Shown here piece after piece: positions 62,734 to 64,000 of a stretch of DNA of 64,000 bases (position 1 is its first letter; the number at the start of each line of letters is the position of its first letter). The translations under genes and the position numbers were made by a program. The notes under the pieces were generated by a model. That model was not told the origin of the DNA, ran no database searches, and worked only from the letters and a program-made list of their open reading frames with translations. Source of the stretch: Gemmatimonadales bacterium (lineage in GTDB: Bacteria > Gemmatimonadota > Gemmatimonadetes > Gemmatimonadales > GWC2-71-9); assembly GCA_035637355.1 (NCBI GenBank), contig DASPXJ010000091.1, positions 161-64,160 on the forward strand, written 5' to 3'.

Positions 62734-63440
62734 GCTGGAGCCGGGACGTACCCGCCGAGCATGAGGCCGAGCCACAGGAGCAAGACGGCAACGGGCGTCC
62801 ACACGACGAAGATCGGCCACAGCGAGGGCCGCCAGCCGGCGAGCGCATCCAGCTCGGCATTCCAGCGTTCGCGCTCGGCTTCGACTTCACTTTCGAGCGC
62901 GAGCCAGGCGGCTTCCAGCCGCCGCGCCACCGTGCGCAACGCTTCCTGCCACGTGGCGTGCGTCTCCTTTTCCAGCACCGACGCGTCGGCCGCGCGCACC
63001 GCGGCCGCTTCCAGCGCGTCGAGGGCGACGACGAACGTGCCGCCCCCCGTTCCGAGTCGCGCCGCGATCGCCCGTTTCTCGGCATTGGTCAGCAAGTGAC
63101 GCCGCAGGCGGAGCCGTGGCAGCCGCACCTGGCGCGCGATGCGCGTGATCTCGGCGTCGAGCGCCTCGGCGACGCGACTGGCGGCGCGGCGCACGGCATT
63201 GTCCCAGGCGGCCGCCCAGGCGCGGCGGCCTGTGACCTCGAGGATCCGCGCGCGCTCGTCGCCCTGCGCCTCACGCGCCGCCGCGGTGCGTCCCTCGCCG
63301 CCCAGCTCCAGCACGCGGGTGGCCAGCTCCTCGCGGATGTCGTCCACCGGCACCCAGGGGGGCTGCTGGCGGCGGGGCACGATGATGCGGCCGAGCGACG
63401 GCGCCAGCTCGGGGACGCGCAGCGGCATGAGGAGCTTCAT
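62706..63440 (-). CDS. Hypothetical protein with a C-terminal TM segment
   Basis: ATG 63440 within ORF 62706..63608 (ATGA overlap with the CYTH gene). Helical Ala/Arg/Glu-rich body, then WPIFVVWTPVAVLLLWLGLMLGGYV. Confidence 0.45.
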   Translation of the reverse strand: MKLLMPLRVPELAPSLGRIIVPRRQQPPWVPVDDIREELATRVLELGGEGRTAAAREAQGDERARILEVTGRRAWAAAWDNAVRRAASRVAEALDAEITRIARQVRLPRLRLRRHLLTNAEKRAIAARLGTGGGTFVVALDALEAAAVRAADASVLEKETHATWQEALRTVARRLEAAWLALESEVEAERERWNAELDALAGWRPSLWPIFVVWTPVAVLLLWLGLMLGGYVPAPAWLAARLGF

Positions 63441-64000
63441 CGAGCCAGACGTGCGGCCCGTCCCGTGCGTTGCTCGTAGTCGTCCACGAAATGCGGCAGG
63501 GCTTCGGGCAGGAAGCGCTCGCGCGGCAGACCGGTGGCGCGTACGGCACGCTCGATCGCGGCCGGTGCGCCCTCGATTTCGACGAGCACGTCCATCGCGG
63601 GATACCACTCGATTCGCACCGCCGCGCCGCTGAGACGGTATTCCGCGATCTTGCGATCGATGCGCAACGTCTCCTCGTAACCGAGGCGCTCGAGGATGAC
63701 GCGCGCCTCCTCCGGAGGACCGACCTGGATTTCGTGCTCCTCACGATGCTTGTAACCGCGACGCACGCTGACGGGACCTTTCCATCCCATGACGCCGAAC
63801 GGCTGCCTGCCGGCAGGCTGGTAGATCCGCAGCCGCAGCACTTCGTCCCGCGCCTTCAACTTGCCGCGGCGGTCATAGCGCCGGTCGATCATCTCACCCC
63901 GAAACACGAGCTCGGCGCCGGCTGCGACGAGCGTGGCTTCGAGCGCGGCAGGATTATCGACCCGCGCTTTCAACTCGAGCTCGTCTGCTGACTGCTTCAC
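63437..64000 (-). CDS. CYTH-domain protein (class IV adenylate cyclase / triphosphate tunnel metalloenzyme family)
   Basis: ORF 63437..64000. ELELKARV...LRLRI...VRIEWYPAMDVLVEIEG. The GTG at the window edge may or may not be the true start. Confidence 0.7.
   Translation of the reverse strand: MKQSADELELKARVDNPAALEATLVAAGAELVFRGEMIDRRYDRRGKLKARDEVLRLRIYQPAGRQPFGVMGWKGPVSVRRGYKHREEHEIQVGPPEEARVILERLGYEETLRIDRKIAEYRLSGAAVRIEWYPAMDVLVEIEGAPAAIERAVRATGLPRERFLPEALPHFVDDYEQRTGRAARLAR

Overview
This is a 64-kb, roughly 70% GC, very gene-dense chromosomal segment. I call about 70 protein-coding genes and found no rRNA, tRNA or CRISPR. The gene content includes a REC-PglZ (PorX-like) regulator, a FlgD/T9SS-CTD-like domain, PD40 propellers and Tat-exported GMC and Gfo/Idh/MocA oxidoreductases. 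That mix fits a Gemmatimonadota/FCB-type soil bacterium, but this is a low-confidence guess.

Layout:
- 1-10.5 kb: minus-strand block of periplasmic oxidoreductases and glycan hydrolases, including two decayed genes (a GMC remnant and a frameshifted GH16), plus a permease, GNAT and YjbQ.
- 10.5-15.5 kb: sigma54 two-component operon followed by a beta-helix/Omp85-like fusion and a DUF4390-like gene.
- 15.5-17.1 kb: small lower-GC islet bounded by inward-pointing arrays of 13-bp tandem repeats. It carries a four-helix-bundle (IVS/Avd-family) gene, an orphan ORF and a PD-(D/E)xK-like ORF. This is the most unusual structure in the window.
- 17-24.6 kb: HNH/PCYCGC pair, argH-argG with an ARG-box-like palindrome, Gfo/DUF1080, argR, and an amidohydrolase.
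- 24.8-31.9 kb: PBP1A, tyrS, DinB, aminotransferase, an orphan ABC permease, and a patatin-ferredoxin fusion.
- 31.9-45 kb: envelope glycan cluster (GT4 x3, TagF-like, nucleotidyltransferase, GT-C, MsbA-like, PorX-like, GT9), then a DnaB-C-terminal-only ATPase.
- 45.6-60.2 kb: 21 co-directional, almost gap-free housekeeping genes (yebC-ruvCAB-queA-tgt-yajC-def-fmt-thiESG-rsmB-PASTA-rpe-tlpA-ybbR-tsaD-lgt).
- 60.2-64 kb: cytochrome-c/FTR1 iron permease and an overlapping CYTH-hypothetical-CTD-like-acpS operon.

Recurrent sequence-level oddities:
- G5/C5-tract (G-quadruplex-type) motifs at gene junctions.
- G/C homopolymers of 8-10 nt inside genes.
- Two families of long palindromic intergenic repeats.
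- Three genes whose conserved N-termini lack any ATG/GTG/TTG but have ATT/ATA/CTG overlapping the upstream stop codon.

All functional calls come from motif recognition in the supplied translations; no database search was run. Many long antisense ORFs in the track are high-GC artefacts and were ignored.
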